Of a stretch of 64,000 bases of DNA, positions 19,525 to 27,549 are shown piece by piece. A program made the position numbers and the translations under genes. The stretch lies in the IMG/VR virus record IMGVR_UViG_3300008262_000008; one strand, given 5' to 3'. The DNA is from a virus. Within the stretch, counting starts at the first letter, position 1; every line of letters begins with the position of its first letter. The notes beneath the pieces are model-generated. The model was not told the origin of the DNA. It worked only from the letters and a program-made list of their open reading frames with translations, and made no database searches.

Positions 19525-19766
19525 CAAAGTCCTCCTGCTTGATTAACAAATGATTTAGCATCGCAAACTGTATCAAAGTATGCGATAGTTTCAAGATCAA
19601 CAGCAGCAGCACCTGCAGCGAGATCTATATTCTTTACCTTACGAAGTTCGAATCCTTCGAGAACACCACCATAAATCTCACCAATATATTGTCCATCGAG
19701 AAAGATCCATTCTTGATAGTTAGGATCTGCCATGTTGCGCTCGTATGCAATAGAATTGTTGTTCAT
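19524..19766 (-). CDS. Hypothetical protein
   Basis: ORF track 19524..19775; likely start MNNN at 19766. Confidence 0.65.
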   Translation of the reverse strand: MNNNSIAYERNMADPNYQEWIFLDGQYIGEIYGGVLEGFELRKVKNIDLAAGAAAVDLETIAYFDTVCDAKSFVNQAGGL

Positions 19767-19771
19767 GATAA

Positions 19772-19918
19772 TCAACCTTGAGAAGCGTAGGACATCATTG
19801 CAATCACTTTATCGTACAGTTTCTCTACATCAACACCAACAGTTTCGGACACTTCTTGCCAATCATCATGAAAAGTGATAAGATCAGCGATTGCGGAAAG
19901 TTCGTCTGGAGTGAACAT
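19772..19918 (-). CDS. Small hypothetical protein (48 aa, MFTPDELSAIADL...)
   Basis: Translated by hand; first gene after the promoter at 19942. Confidence 0.65.
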   Translation of the reverse strand: MFTPDELSAIADLITFHDDWQEVSETVGVDVEKLYDKVIAMMSYASQG

Positions 19919-19941
19919 TTGTTTTCTTTGCTTACCTTGTA

Positions 19942-19996
19942 AGGATAGAACGGATTGCGGGAAAAGTCAAGCGTTTTGAGATTAGCGTTTCTTATG
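19942..19996 (-). promoter_or_regulatory. Sigma70-type early promoter with dyad
   Basis: TTGACT (19965-19970), 17 bp, TATCCT (19942-19947); dyad at 19980-19996. Confidence 0.85.
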
Positions 19997-20018
19997 GGTT
20001 AGATAAGAGACTCAAATG

Positions 20019-20597
20019 TCAGTTTTCCAGCATTTCAGTGATAATAGGACCGAGCACATCTTGAAAGAAAGTGAAGAACTCAGTAGACGTAAATGGTACG
20101 TTTCCAAGTGTATCAATCATCCAATTTACACCATACACAGTGATACCTTTCTTGCCATACTTCTTGATCACACTAGTCGGAACTTCAGCAATACAGGGCA
20201 CAAAATACCCAAACTGCACAGGCAAATTATACTTTGCTTCCACTGCTTCCTTTACATCGAGCACCTTCTGATTAGATGCTGGATTCTTCTCACTATCGAA
20301 GTTCAGATTACACTTGCTTTCAAGATATTGAATTGCACCACTTTTAGCAAAGAGATGATCTAACTGACGCTCACGCCCATTTACATCAATTCGATTGCTT
20401 TCTTCGATGAGATTAACTGAACAATCGCTAATTACCTTGTTCCAGAAGATTTCAAGTTGATTGCCTAATTGAATGAGCACACCATTTTGTGATACTTTAT
20501 CACCCAATCCTGCTGCTGCCAGCAAATAACTTTCCGTCTTTTTACGCTCAATTTGCAACACCAAGGGAAGCAGATTGTCAGTGAGATAGTTGTTCAT
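20019..20597 (-). CDS. Putative PD-(D/E)xK nuclease-fold protein
   Basis: RQLDHLF...YLESK gives a D...ExK arrangement; upstream LGNQLEIFW helix with Glu. Confidence 0.5.
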   Translation of the reverse strand: MNNYLTDNLLPLVLQIERKKTESYLLAAAGLGDKVSQNGVLIQLGNQLEIFWNKVISDCSVNLIEESNRIDVNGRERQLDHLFAKSGAIQYLESKCNLNFDSEKNPASNQKVLDVKEAVEAKYNLPVQFGYFVPCIAEVPTSVIKKYGKKGITVYGVNWMIDTLGNVPFTSTEFFTFFQDVLGPIITEMLEN

Positions 20598-20618
20598 TTG
20601 TGGTGATAATGAGGGTTT

Positions 20619-20741
20619 TCAGTCGTTCCAATACTCATCATATTCTTCTTCCGACATAGCAAACACCTTTGCAATCTCTTCACGATCTTCTTCACTAATG
20701 TCGAAGATTTCGCCTTGCATGTCAGCAATTTCGTCCCACAT
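20619..20741 (-). CDS. Small acidic peptide (40 aa, MWDEIADMQGE...)
   Basis: Translated by hand; first gene after the promoter at 20766. Confidence 0.6.
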   Translation of the reverse strand: MWDEIADMQGEIFDISEEDREEIAKVFAMSEEEYDEYWND

Positions 20742-20765
20742 GTGCTTTGTTTCGATTACTTTGTA

Positions 20766-20820
20766 ATGATAGAACGGATTGCCCCAAAAGTCAACCCCTG
20801 AAAGATCAGTGTTGCTTATG
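20766..20820 (-). promoter_or_regulatory. Sigma70-type early promoter with dyad
   Basis: TTGACT (20789-20794), 17 bp, TATCAT (20766-20771); dyad at 20804-20820. Confidence 0.85.
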
Positions 20821-20822
20821 GG

Positions 20823-21716
20823 TCACCATGCCTTTGCCAAGTTAAAGTTATTGAAACTAAAGACTTGACGATTGACTAGTTTGAGCGTACCATAATCGTT
20901 CGACATCACATAACCTTCGTGATCCGCAATTTGTCCATCAATATAACAGCAAACTCCGTATTCAGGAATAATCAAGTTCATGAAATCTTGCTTGATAGAC
21001 ATAATCATGCGGTAAAATGCGAACAATGCGACATCATAACCAGTTTCTTCCGCAAGTGCTGCGGGGTCAATATCTTTGCCTTCACGAATATAACGATTGA
21101 GCACAATCTTGAGATCTTTTGCTTGCTTTTCAGTCACAAAATCAACAGCAGCAGACAAGAACATTGCACTGCAAACTTTACGTTGCAGTGCAACATTTGC
21201 AGTAGGATCTACCTGAGCACCAAACTTGACAAAATAGACTTTATCATTGCTGATCAGTTCAGGTACATCAAACGATGCAACTACATCACGAAGATTATCA
21301 CCAGTGTACGAAGTATGGCAAGCAATGATAAACTGTTGCTTGATGATATTGTCAAACTTATAGGTGATAGTATTAGGGCGATAGGTATCATCACCACCGA
21401 AACCAATAAAATCACCTTGCACAATACCTTTGATGCGAGGCAGACAATCAAATGCTACATGCAAAATATCAGCAACTTTACCCTCATGGTTAGCATCAAT
21501 CAACTCATGAGAATAGTTGATCTTGATTTTCTTTTTATTGAAGACAGATTTAGTACCAACGAAGAACTTTCCAGTTTCAGGATCAGTGCCAAACACAATA
21601 GCAGGAGCACCATCCCATTTGATGCTAACTTTGCCAGAATGAGTGAACCAATCCAGCACTGACATATCGCCAGTGAGAATAAGATCTTCAGGATGTTCGA
21701 GATGGGTGTTTTTCAT
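20823..21716 (-). CDS. Conserved T4-like phage protein (DUF6267-like) with covalent nucleotidyltransferase / ligase motifs
   Basis: MKNTHLEHPED start; KWDG (motif I KxDG), QGDF (III), HEGYV (IV), LKLV (V). Confidence 0.7.
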   Translation of the reverse strand: MKNTHLEHPEDLILTGDMSVLDWFTHSGKVSIKWDGAPAIVFGTDPETGKFFVGTKSVFNKKKIKINYSHELIDANHEGKVADILHVAFDCLPRIKGIVQGDFIGFGGDDTYRPNTITYKFDNIIKQQFIIACHTSYTGDNLRDVVASFDVPELISNDKVYFVKFGAQVDPTANVALQRKVCSAMFLSAAVDFVTEKQAKDLKIVLNRYIREGKDIDPAALAEETGYDVALFAFYRMIMSIKQDFMNLIIPEYGVCCYIDGQIADHEGYVMSNDYGTLKLVNRQVFSFNNFNLAKAW

Positions 21717-21722
21717 GCTTTA

Positions 21723-21799
21723 AGTATGGCACACAATCAGGCAAAAGTCAACCCCTGAATGATCAGCGTTGCTTATCAGACAGAATAGGTCAACTTATC
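21723..21799 (-). promoter_or_regulatory. Sigma70-type early promoter (predicted leaderless transcript) with tandem dyads
   Basis: TTGACT (21746-21751), 17 bp, CATACT (21723-21728); ATG 7 nt downstream; dyads at 21761-21777 and 21783-21799. Confidence 0.85.
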
Positions 21800-22051
21800 T
21801 TTTAACTTTTGCATCGCACTGTAGGGTGTAGTTTTATTCAGATCAACTACACTTCCAACGGTTGTGCTATTCTTTGGTGCGTGGAATTGTTTTGTCTTGG
21901 TGTTGTAGAATCCCCAGATACAACGACATTCATCACCCAAATTGTAATCAAACCTACGATCAAAATAAATCCAGATTGCAATAACATTGCTCTTAAAGTC
22001 TGTGCGCTCATAGTGATAACCTTCGGGTGCTTTATGAAATAATAGTTTCAT
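21776..22051 (-). CDS. Conserved cyanophage hypothetical protein
   Basis: ORF track, 91 aa. Confidence 0.75.
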   Translation of the reverse strand: MKLLFHKAPEGYHYERTDFKSNVIAIWIYFDRRFDYNLGDECRCIWGFYNTKTKQFHAPKNSTTVGSVVDLNKTTPYSAMQKLKDKLTYSV

Positions 22052-22191
22052 GTGAATACTGCTGTAACTCCTATCACTTTAGCAGTAGGATTGCGAGCAA
22101 GTGCAGTACGCTTAGCATCAGCATAATCTCGTGCTTCAACTATCTCATCGAACACTTTGCCAGCAACATATAACTGAACTTTGCACTTCAT
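22048..22191 (-). CDS. Small hypothetical protein (47 aa, MKCKVQLYVAGKVFDEIVEARDYADAK...ARNP)
   Basis: Translated by hand; coupled at both ends; resembles the N-terminus of 34997..35332. Confidence 0.75.
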   Translation of the reverse strand: MKCKVQLYVAGKVFDEIVEARDYADAKRTALARNPTAKVIGVTAVFT

Positions 22192-22370
22192 CGTGTTTGA
22201 TTACGATACTTTCTCTTGACATATTTGCTCACAATATTATCAATCACAGGATACCATGGTTCTTTATTGCTAGGGTATCCAAGTTGCCGTGCTTCAGTGA
22301 GCAACATCATGATGCAGTTCTCTTCTTCTTGAGTGAGATTGAGGTAATTGATAATACTAGTTTCAATCAT
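22188..22370 (-). CDS. Hypothetical protein
   Basis: ORF track, 60 aa. Confidence 0.65.
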   Translation of the reverse strand: MIETSIINYLNLTQEEENCIMMLLTEARQLGYPSNKEPWYPVIDNIVSKYVKRKYRNQTR

Positions 22371-22600
22371 CAGTAGTGTGCTTCAGAGTAATCGAGTTGT
22401 GCAGAGTATTCTGCAATTTTATCGAAACACTTTTTACGCATTTCGGTATCAGCACCTTGCATAAATGAGAAGCAATACTTCATACGCTGTTCAGGATGTG
22501 CATTGATGCGAGCAATCTCTGCCTTCGATTTGTTGTATGCGGCATTATATGCAAACATTTCACGATCTTCGATGCTCATGGTGTGAAACTTGCGGTTCAT
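22370..22600 (-). CDS. Hypothetical protein
   Basis: ORF track; first gene after the promoter at 22623. Confidence 0.7.
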   Translation of the reverse strand: MNRKFHTMSIEDREMFAYNAAYNKSKAEIARINAHPEQRMKYCFSFMQGADTEMRKKCFDKIAEYSAQLDYSEAHY

Positions 22601-22622
22601 GTCGTTTCCTGATTACCTTGTA

Positions 22623-22677
22623 ATAATAAGGCAAAAGGGGGCAGATGTCAACCCCCTATTGATCAGCGTTACTTATG
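22623..22677 (-). promoter_or_regulatory. Sigma70-type early promoter with dyad
   Basis: TTGACA (22646-22651), 17 bp, TATTAT (22623-22628); dyad at 22661-22677. Confidence 0.85.
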
Positions 22678-22693
22678 AGTATGATAAAGTATT

Positions 22694-22816
22694 TTAATAT
22701 GTCATATTGTCATCAATTCTATAGTCTTCAGGATCACCGATGGTATCATCTTCCATCACATCATCAATCCAATCACGATTAAGTTCATCGCATTGAATGT
22801 CATCAAAAATGTTCAT
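22694..22816 (-). CDS. Small, very acidic peptide (40 aa)
   Basis: Translated by hand, MNIFDDIQCDELNRDWIDDVMEDD... Confidence 0.55.
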   Translation of the reverse strand: MNIFDDIQCDELNRDWIDDVMEDDTIGDPEDYRIDDNMTY

Positions 22817-22944
22817 GATTGTTTCTTTAATTTCTGAATAAATTGGTTACGTTGTTTCTTGAGTTGACGTGTTCGAGCAGAACGTTTAGGAGATTTATCG
22901 TTTCTCCCTTGTTTTCTCGGTGTTTCGTGTGATTTGAGGTGCAT
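22813..22944 (-). CDS. Small, very basic peptide (43 aa)
   Basis: Translated by hand, MHLKSHETPRKQGRNDKSPKRSAR...; ATGA overlap with the acidic peptide. Confidence 0.55.
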   Translation of the reverse strand: MHLKSHETPRKQGRNDKSPKRSARTRQLKKQRNQFIQKLKKQS

Positions 22945-23109
22945 TGTTCTTACTCATAGTCATAATCTATGATATAATCTATACTATAATCATCATATTC
23001 AATTTCATATTCTTCATCTGTTATGATTGGTTCTCTAAACTCTTTAACCCATTCAGAGAGAGATACTGTTGTAGAATACGGATTGAACTTGTTATACATG
23101 AGTTAGTCC

Positions 23110-23286
23110 TCAACGTTGATAATCTTCTTCAGAGAACTCATCATAGATCTTTTCTAGTTTTCGTTGGCGATTATTCTGTTTTTTAACATCATAACTGAAC
23201 TCATCATGGAAACGAAACCTAGTAGAAACTTTGTTTCGATGTGACTTTGGAGTATAGTCACTGTTACGACGGAAAGTTTTACCCAT
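23110..23286 (-). CDS. Small hypothetical protein (58 aa, MGKTFRR...)
   Basis: Translated by hand; basic N-terminus. Confidence 0.6.
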   Translation of the reverse strand: MGKTFRRNSDYTPKSHRNKVSTRFRFHDEFSYDVKKQNNRQRKLEKIYDEFSEEDYQR

Positions 23287-23409
23287 GTTTAATGTGATTT
23301 AAGCAATGTAAAGTACAATTTATTTAGACGACATGCAATCATTTTTGATTGCCTAGACATCATAGACCTCTTGCCAGTTGTTGTCAATAGGTCCAGTTTG
23401 GAAAGTGGA

Positions 23410-24639
23410 TCAGCGGGTTGCCACACTGATAGCAGGCAGACCTTGCACGAAGATGGTGTCAACAACCCCTTGCAATCTCTTGGCAATAGCACTACCATAG
23501 TTGGTGAACACTGGCACGATCACACTACCAAACTGTTTGCGATACAGATGACATGCACCTGCAGGAATACGACCAGCAGCAATATCCTTGGCATCATCTT
23601 TGTCCATACGGATAACACGACCGACAGTTTGTGCCATCTCGATGATAGGCATTTGACGCAACATGATGCAGTTGGTGAGACCAGGAACGTTGATACCTTC
23701 GGAAAGAATACTATAGTGAAGGAGCACAAACTTCTTGGATTTGTCTTTGCCCCACTCAGTCAGAGTGTCAAAGAACTTCTCACGATTGACCTTGGTACGA
23801 TTAACATAGGCACCGTGCTTAGAAGTGATGTGAAGGATGCCAAATCCACGCTCTTCAAGTTCCCTAAGAATGTCAGAGTTAGTGAGCATGTTCCACATCA
23901 CTTTGGTGCTGGGAGCAGCAACGAGCACCTTAGGATTGCCCTCCAGAGTGTCAAGAATGTCAACAATCATGTTACGATCTGCCTCAGCAGCAGTACGCTT
24001 ATCACGGGTGATGTCTACTTTGTAGGTATCAACTTGTGGAGGAATGATGCAACCAGTGTCAATCAGTTCTTTAGCAGCAACGTTGTGAATAATGTTGCCG
24101 TAGATGCTAACGTTGTTCATGCCGTTAGCATTAGGATTGGTATGATGTTTGGGAGTTGCAGTGAAGAAATACTTGCTATCTGCAGACATCGAAGTAGCAG
24201 CAACAGCAATAAAGTGAGACTTTTGAGTAGAATTGTGTGCCTCGTCGAAGTATGCTACATCAACATTCACACCAGCATCAACAACACGACCCAGAGAATG
24301 ATAGGTAGTGAAGATGATACGATTGGTGCCTGCATGTTGAGTAACCCAATCCGCAATCTTGTCGGATTTGGTAGTAGAATAGTGATGTGTCTCACCACTA
24401 TGAACGTGCATCACATTTGCAGAGGTGATAAACTCAAGAAACTCTGCAGAGAGTTGCTCAGCAAGCAGAATACGAGGTGCTACAACAACAGCAACCTGAC
24501 CAGGATTCTGCACAAAACGTTGCAGCAAGTTCATGATCATAACAAGAGTTTTCCCACCACCAGTAGGAAAAATAATTTGCCCAATATCGTGCTGGTTCAT
24601 TGCATCGAGAGCACGAGATTGATGTAGACGTAATTTCAT
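23410..24639 (-). CDS. Superfamily II DEAH-box helicase (ResIII-like)
   Basis: PTGGGKT (Walker A), YFDEAH, TATP, SEGINV and QTVGRVIR; likely start MKLRLHQ at 24639 (track start 24657 lies upstream of the predicted TSS). Confidence 0.9.
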   Translation of the reverse strand: MKLRLHQSRALDAMNQHDIGQIIFPTGGGKTLVMIMNLLQRFVQNPGQVAVVVAPRILLAEQLSAEFLEFITSANVMHVHSGETHHYSTTKSDKIADWVTQHAGTNRIIFTTYHSLGRVVDAGVNVDVAYFDEAHNSTQKSHFIAVAATSMSADSKYFFTATPKHHTNPNANGMNNVSIYGNIIHNVAAKELIDTGCIIPPQVDTYKVDITRDKRTAAEADRNMIVDILDTLEGNPKVLVAAPSTKVMWNMLTNSDILRELEERGFGILHITSKHGAYVNRTKVNREKFFDTLTEWGKDKSKKFVLLHYSILSEGINVPGLTNCIMLRQMPIIEMAQTVGRVIRMDKDDAKDIAAGRIPAGACHLYRKQFGSVIVPVFTNYGSAIAKRLQGVVDTIFVQGLPAISVATR

Positions 24640-24660
24640 AACAAAGTCGATCACCATGTA

Positions 24661-24715
24661 AATATCCCATAAAAAAGAGGGTTTGTCAACCCCCTATTGA
24701 TCAGTAAAACTAATC
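24661..24715 (-). promoter_or_regulatory. Sigma70-type promoter / terminator hairpin with dyad
   Basis: TTGACA at 24684-24689 lies in the hairpin AGGGGGTT-GAC-AAACCCTCT-TTTTT; weak -10; dyad GATCAG-TAAAA-CTAATC at 24699-24715. Confidence 0.65.
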
Positions 24716-25408
24716 ATCAACATTAAATATCTTTATCAAATCTTGCTTTTCATCATATTTTCCCATTAATTTATCATTTATGCTACACCATTGTAGCAGT
24801 TTATCCTCACAAAAATATGCTTCTTCTCCATATTTTTGTCTTAGCATTTCTTCGTAACTATCATATGAACTTCGTCTGTACATATAATGACCATACAAAT
24901 GCGTTTCTAATCTATGGCAGATTACACACAACTGTTCGCAATTCTTCAACTCTAATTGAAGTTTTTCATATAATTTTTTCTTTTTATTAGGATCGTCTAC
25001 ACGATACCATTCCCTAATAAGATTTGATACATTATCTGTTTTTTTATTTCTATCAATATGGTTCCACTCAAATAATTTTATAATATATTCATATTGTTCA
25101 ATTTCAGTTAAATCTTTAAACTCTGGATATACTTTAATTGCATCTTCAATAGCAAGAAATCCATTACGATGATACCTACATTTGGGATTTTCACAACCAA
25201 TGGTTAACCAGTCTTTGTTAATTTCATACAGTCGTTTAGGTCTTTCAGACCTAATTACTGCACGACGGTTTCTCTCTCGTATTCTTTGTGCAATATACTT
25301 ATTCCTGTCTATGAGATGAGAACCTCTCTGACTTGTTTTATATATTTTACCATTAGGAAGTGGATCACCTGCCATACCAGGTTGACCCCAAATATTTAAT
25401 ATTGTCAT
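24710..25408 (-). CDS. Putative HNH (beta-beta-alpha-Me) endonuclease
   Basis: CENPKC...FEWNHID...CEQLCVICHR: CxxxxC, H-x-D and CxxC-H elements; visibly AT-rich relative to its neighbours. Confidence 0.65.
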   Translation of the reverse strand: MTILNIWGQPGMAGDPLPNGKIYKTSQRGSHLIDRNKYIAQRIRERNRRAVIRSERPKRLYEINKDWLTIGCENPKCRYHRNGFLAIEDAIKVYPEFKDLTEIEQYEYIIKLFEWNHIDRNKKTDNVSNLIREWYRVDDPNKKKKLYEKLQLELKNCEQLCVICHRLETHLYGHYMYRRSSYDSYEEMLRQKYGEEAYFCEDKLLQWCSINDKLMGKYDEKQDLIKIFNVDD

Positions 25409-25417
25409 ATGAGTTTA

Positions 25418-25687
25418 TTATTTTTTATTTTGTTTTTTTATAATTTCATTAATTTTTTTAATTTCTTCTTTTCCAAAATATTCATGGTGAGTAACTTCAT
25501 ACTCTAATCCATGTTTGCCAGCATCGAACCATTCAGCATATTCTTCATAAATTGCCTTAGCATTGCCAGAATAATAATCAACTAAAGATTGTCTTTTTAA
25601 CTTGTGAGAATGTGCCTCAAGATCAATCATTCGTGCGCCCATCGTCATGAATGTTTCTTTAACAGCATCATAAAGTGCTTTTTCCAT
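25418..25687 (-). CDS. Hypothetical protein
   Basis: ORF track, 89 aa. Confidence 0.65.
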   Translation of the reverse strand: MEKALYDAVKETFMTMGARMIDLEAHSHKLKRQSLVDYYSGNAKAIYEEYAEWFDAGKHGLEYEVTHHEYFGKEEIKKINEIIKKQNKK

Positions 25688-25876
25688 AATTAATTACCTA
25701 CTGAAGTCGTTTTTAAGTTTTAATGCAATTTCATTTGTCTCATCAATGTGACCTAGGTATGCATTTACTAGATTTAGAATAAAGTTTTGTTCTGGTATTG
25801 TAAAATACAAACGACGATTTGGAACCCAAACATTAGATTGTTTTGTTTCTGGCATGGTTGATTGAAGATAGTAGGT

Positions 25877-25905
25877 ACAGTAGCATGAAAAAGGGAACTT
25901 GTCAA
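25877..25905 (-). promoter_or_regulatory. Sigma70-type promoter
   Basis: TTGACA (25900-25905), 17 bp, TACTGT (25877-25882). Confidence 0.7.
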
Positions 25906-25912
25906 CCCCCCT

Positions 25913-26137
25913 TCAATAAACATCATTGGGGGATGGAAAGTCCGCCATCATAGTATAATTTATGAGTGCATCAATTTGTGCTTGCAATCTGTTCTCCATT
26001 TCATAGAGAGCATTAGTTGTTTCAACATTTTCTTGTTCCAGATATTTGACACGTTCTTCTAATTCATTTACCTTTTCAGTAAGTTGTTTGACTAGTAAAT
26101 TAAGTGTGTTCATATCAATAATTTGTTGGTCCATCAA
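25913..26137 (-). CDS. Coiled-coil hypothetical protein
   Basis: ORF track; heptad pattern (LEERVKYLEQENVETTNALYE). Confidence 0.7.
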   Translation of the reverse strand: MMDQQIIDMNTLNLLVKQLTEKVNELEERVKYLEQENVETTNALYEMENRLQAQIDALINYTMMADFPSPNDVY

Positions 26138-26356
26138 ATTGTGTCATGTCACCCTTACCCGCCAAAGATTTAGATAACAACTGTGCATATGTTTCCATAT
26201 ATGCTGGATCAAAGGATTGCATATTACTTTTTTTAATACAATCTCTCATTTCTTTGAGTTGTTTCCATTCTTGTTCGGTCATGTCTGTCATGAGTTCCGC
26301 TTGAGTTACAATAGTATATTATCAGGAAAGCAACACAAATCAAGAAATCTTAATGT

Positions 26357-26656
26357 TTAATACAGATTGCTGTAACATTCCGCAACATAATCATTTTTAA
26401 TAAGTTTATGTCTTTCAATGTATTTGTGTACATGTGATTCATGCGAGAACCAGCACACTTTTTTACCCTTTTCTTCTTTATGTTCAATACGATAAGGGAA
26501 TGTTTCATATGGAAACTTATTCAAATCATTCGTAGGTTTGATGATTTGAGTATTCTCTACTTTCTTCACCCTAGTTTTGGGTGTAATTGGTTGTTTTTTT
26601 GGTGCTTTCTTCTTTGCTGCTGGTTTAGTCTCTTCAGTTTTCTTTACTCGGGGCAT
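26357..26656 (-). CDS. Hypothetical protein with a Lys-rich N-terminus
   Basis: ORF track, 99 aa. Confidence 0.75.
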   Translation of the reverse strand: MPRVKKTEETKPAAKKKAPKKQPITPKTRVKKVENTQIIKPTNDLNKFPYETFPYRIEHKEEKGKKVCWFSHESHVHKYIERHKLIKNDYVAECYSNLY

Positions 26657-27051
26657 CAGCGTCCTGTCACATCGGTGTGGTCCTGTATCCTACCATATCT
26701 GAAGTGGATTTGCAACCTGGGCCAGTCTTCCCATGCTCCTTTCCAATTAGCAGGATACACTTCAATATACTTTGTGATGTAGCATGGTTGATACTTACCA
26801 TGCACACCAGTAGGTATCCATTCGTGATTAAAGAACTTCTTGTCTGGATCATACTTAGGATGACCCTCTTCGTATATTTCTAATGAATGTGTGCCATGAT
26901 AACTTGGATACCACAAAAGACCACTGGGATCTAACCAATAGTCTGTCATTGTGCCACCAATACCATCTTCAATATCTTTAGTTTGACACACTACATTTGT
27001 GAACTGTTCTCCTATATCATACGATGAACGAAAATAGTCAAACATTCCCAT
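26656..27051 (-). CDS. Conserved cyanophage hypothetical protein (MGMFD start)
   Basis: ORF track, 131 aa; translationally coupled. Confidence 0.75.
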   Translation of the reverse strand: MGMFDYFRSSYDIGEQFTNVVCQTKDIEDGIGGTMTDYWLDPSGLLWYPSYHGTHSLEIYEEGHPKYDPDKKFFNHEWIPTGVHGKYQPCYITKYIEVYPANWKGAWEDWPRLQIHFRYGRIQDHTDVTGR

Positions 27052-27053
27052 TA

Positions 27054-27527
27054 TTATTCTCCTAGTGTGTGAATGACAGGTTTTTCATGTGCAAGAATAT
27101 GATAGAGATCAGGATCTTTTGCTGCTGATACAGGAATAAACTCAGTTTCAGGATTAAACTCTTCATCGCGGATTGCTTGGTTGATGACAATCGATCCTTC
27201 AGCACCAGAGTATGAACGATGATATGTCATCTTAGGAATGTATAATGCACCTGATGAACGATTAAGATGTACAATATGATAAGGATACCGCCATTCTGTA
27301 TTCACTAGTTCAAATGTGCGAATACCAGACAGAACACGATTATGATCTACCTGATGATAATGAATATAAAATTGTTTTGCTCCTACAATATCATCGGGTG
27401 GTGAAATAGCAGCACCAGTATGAATTACAAGATCTTGTGCGTTTGAGTTTTCTACAGAGATGTCATAGAATACAACTGCATCTGTTTCCCTGAATACTCT
27501 ATGTTTTTTAAAGTGAACTTCGCTCAT
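27054..27527 (-). CDS. Cupin-like protein
   Basis: FYIHYHQVDHNRVLSG...LYIPKMTYHRS fits the two-motif cupin pattern. Confidence 0.6.
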   Translation of the reverse strand: MSEVHFKKHRVFRETDAVVFYDISVENSNAQDLVIHTGAAISPPDDIVGAKQFYIHYHQVDHNRVLSGIRTFELVNTEWRYPYHIVHLNRSSGALYIPKMTYHRSYSGAEGSIVINQAIRDEEFNPETEFIPVSAAKDPDLYHILAHEKPVIHTLGE

Positions 27528-27549
27528 AATTTAACTCCATCTTGCATAT

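Noticed and set aside
20919-21662. 247-aa plus-strand ORF
   Set aside because: Antisense shadow of the KxDG ligase-like gene; no protein-like signature
18014-22677. Regularly spaced repeats as a possible CRISPR array
   Set aside because: Spacing is about 0.8-1.1 kb with intact genes between copies, the repeats are promoters, and no cas genes are present
23371-24627. 418-aa plus-strand ORF
   Set aside because: Lies wholly antisense to the helicase, which has all canonical motifs; no recognisable motifs or RBS; best explained as a shadow frame from codon bias
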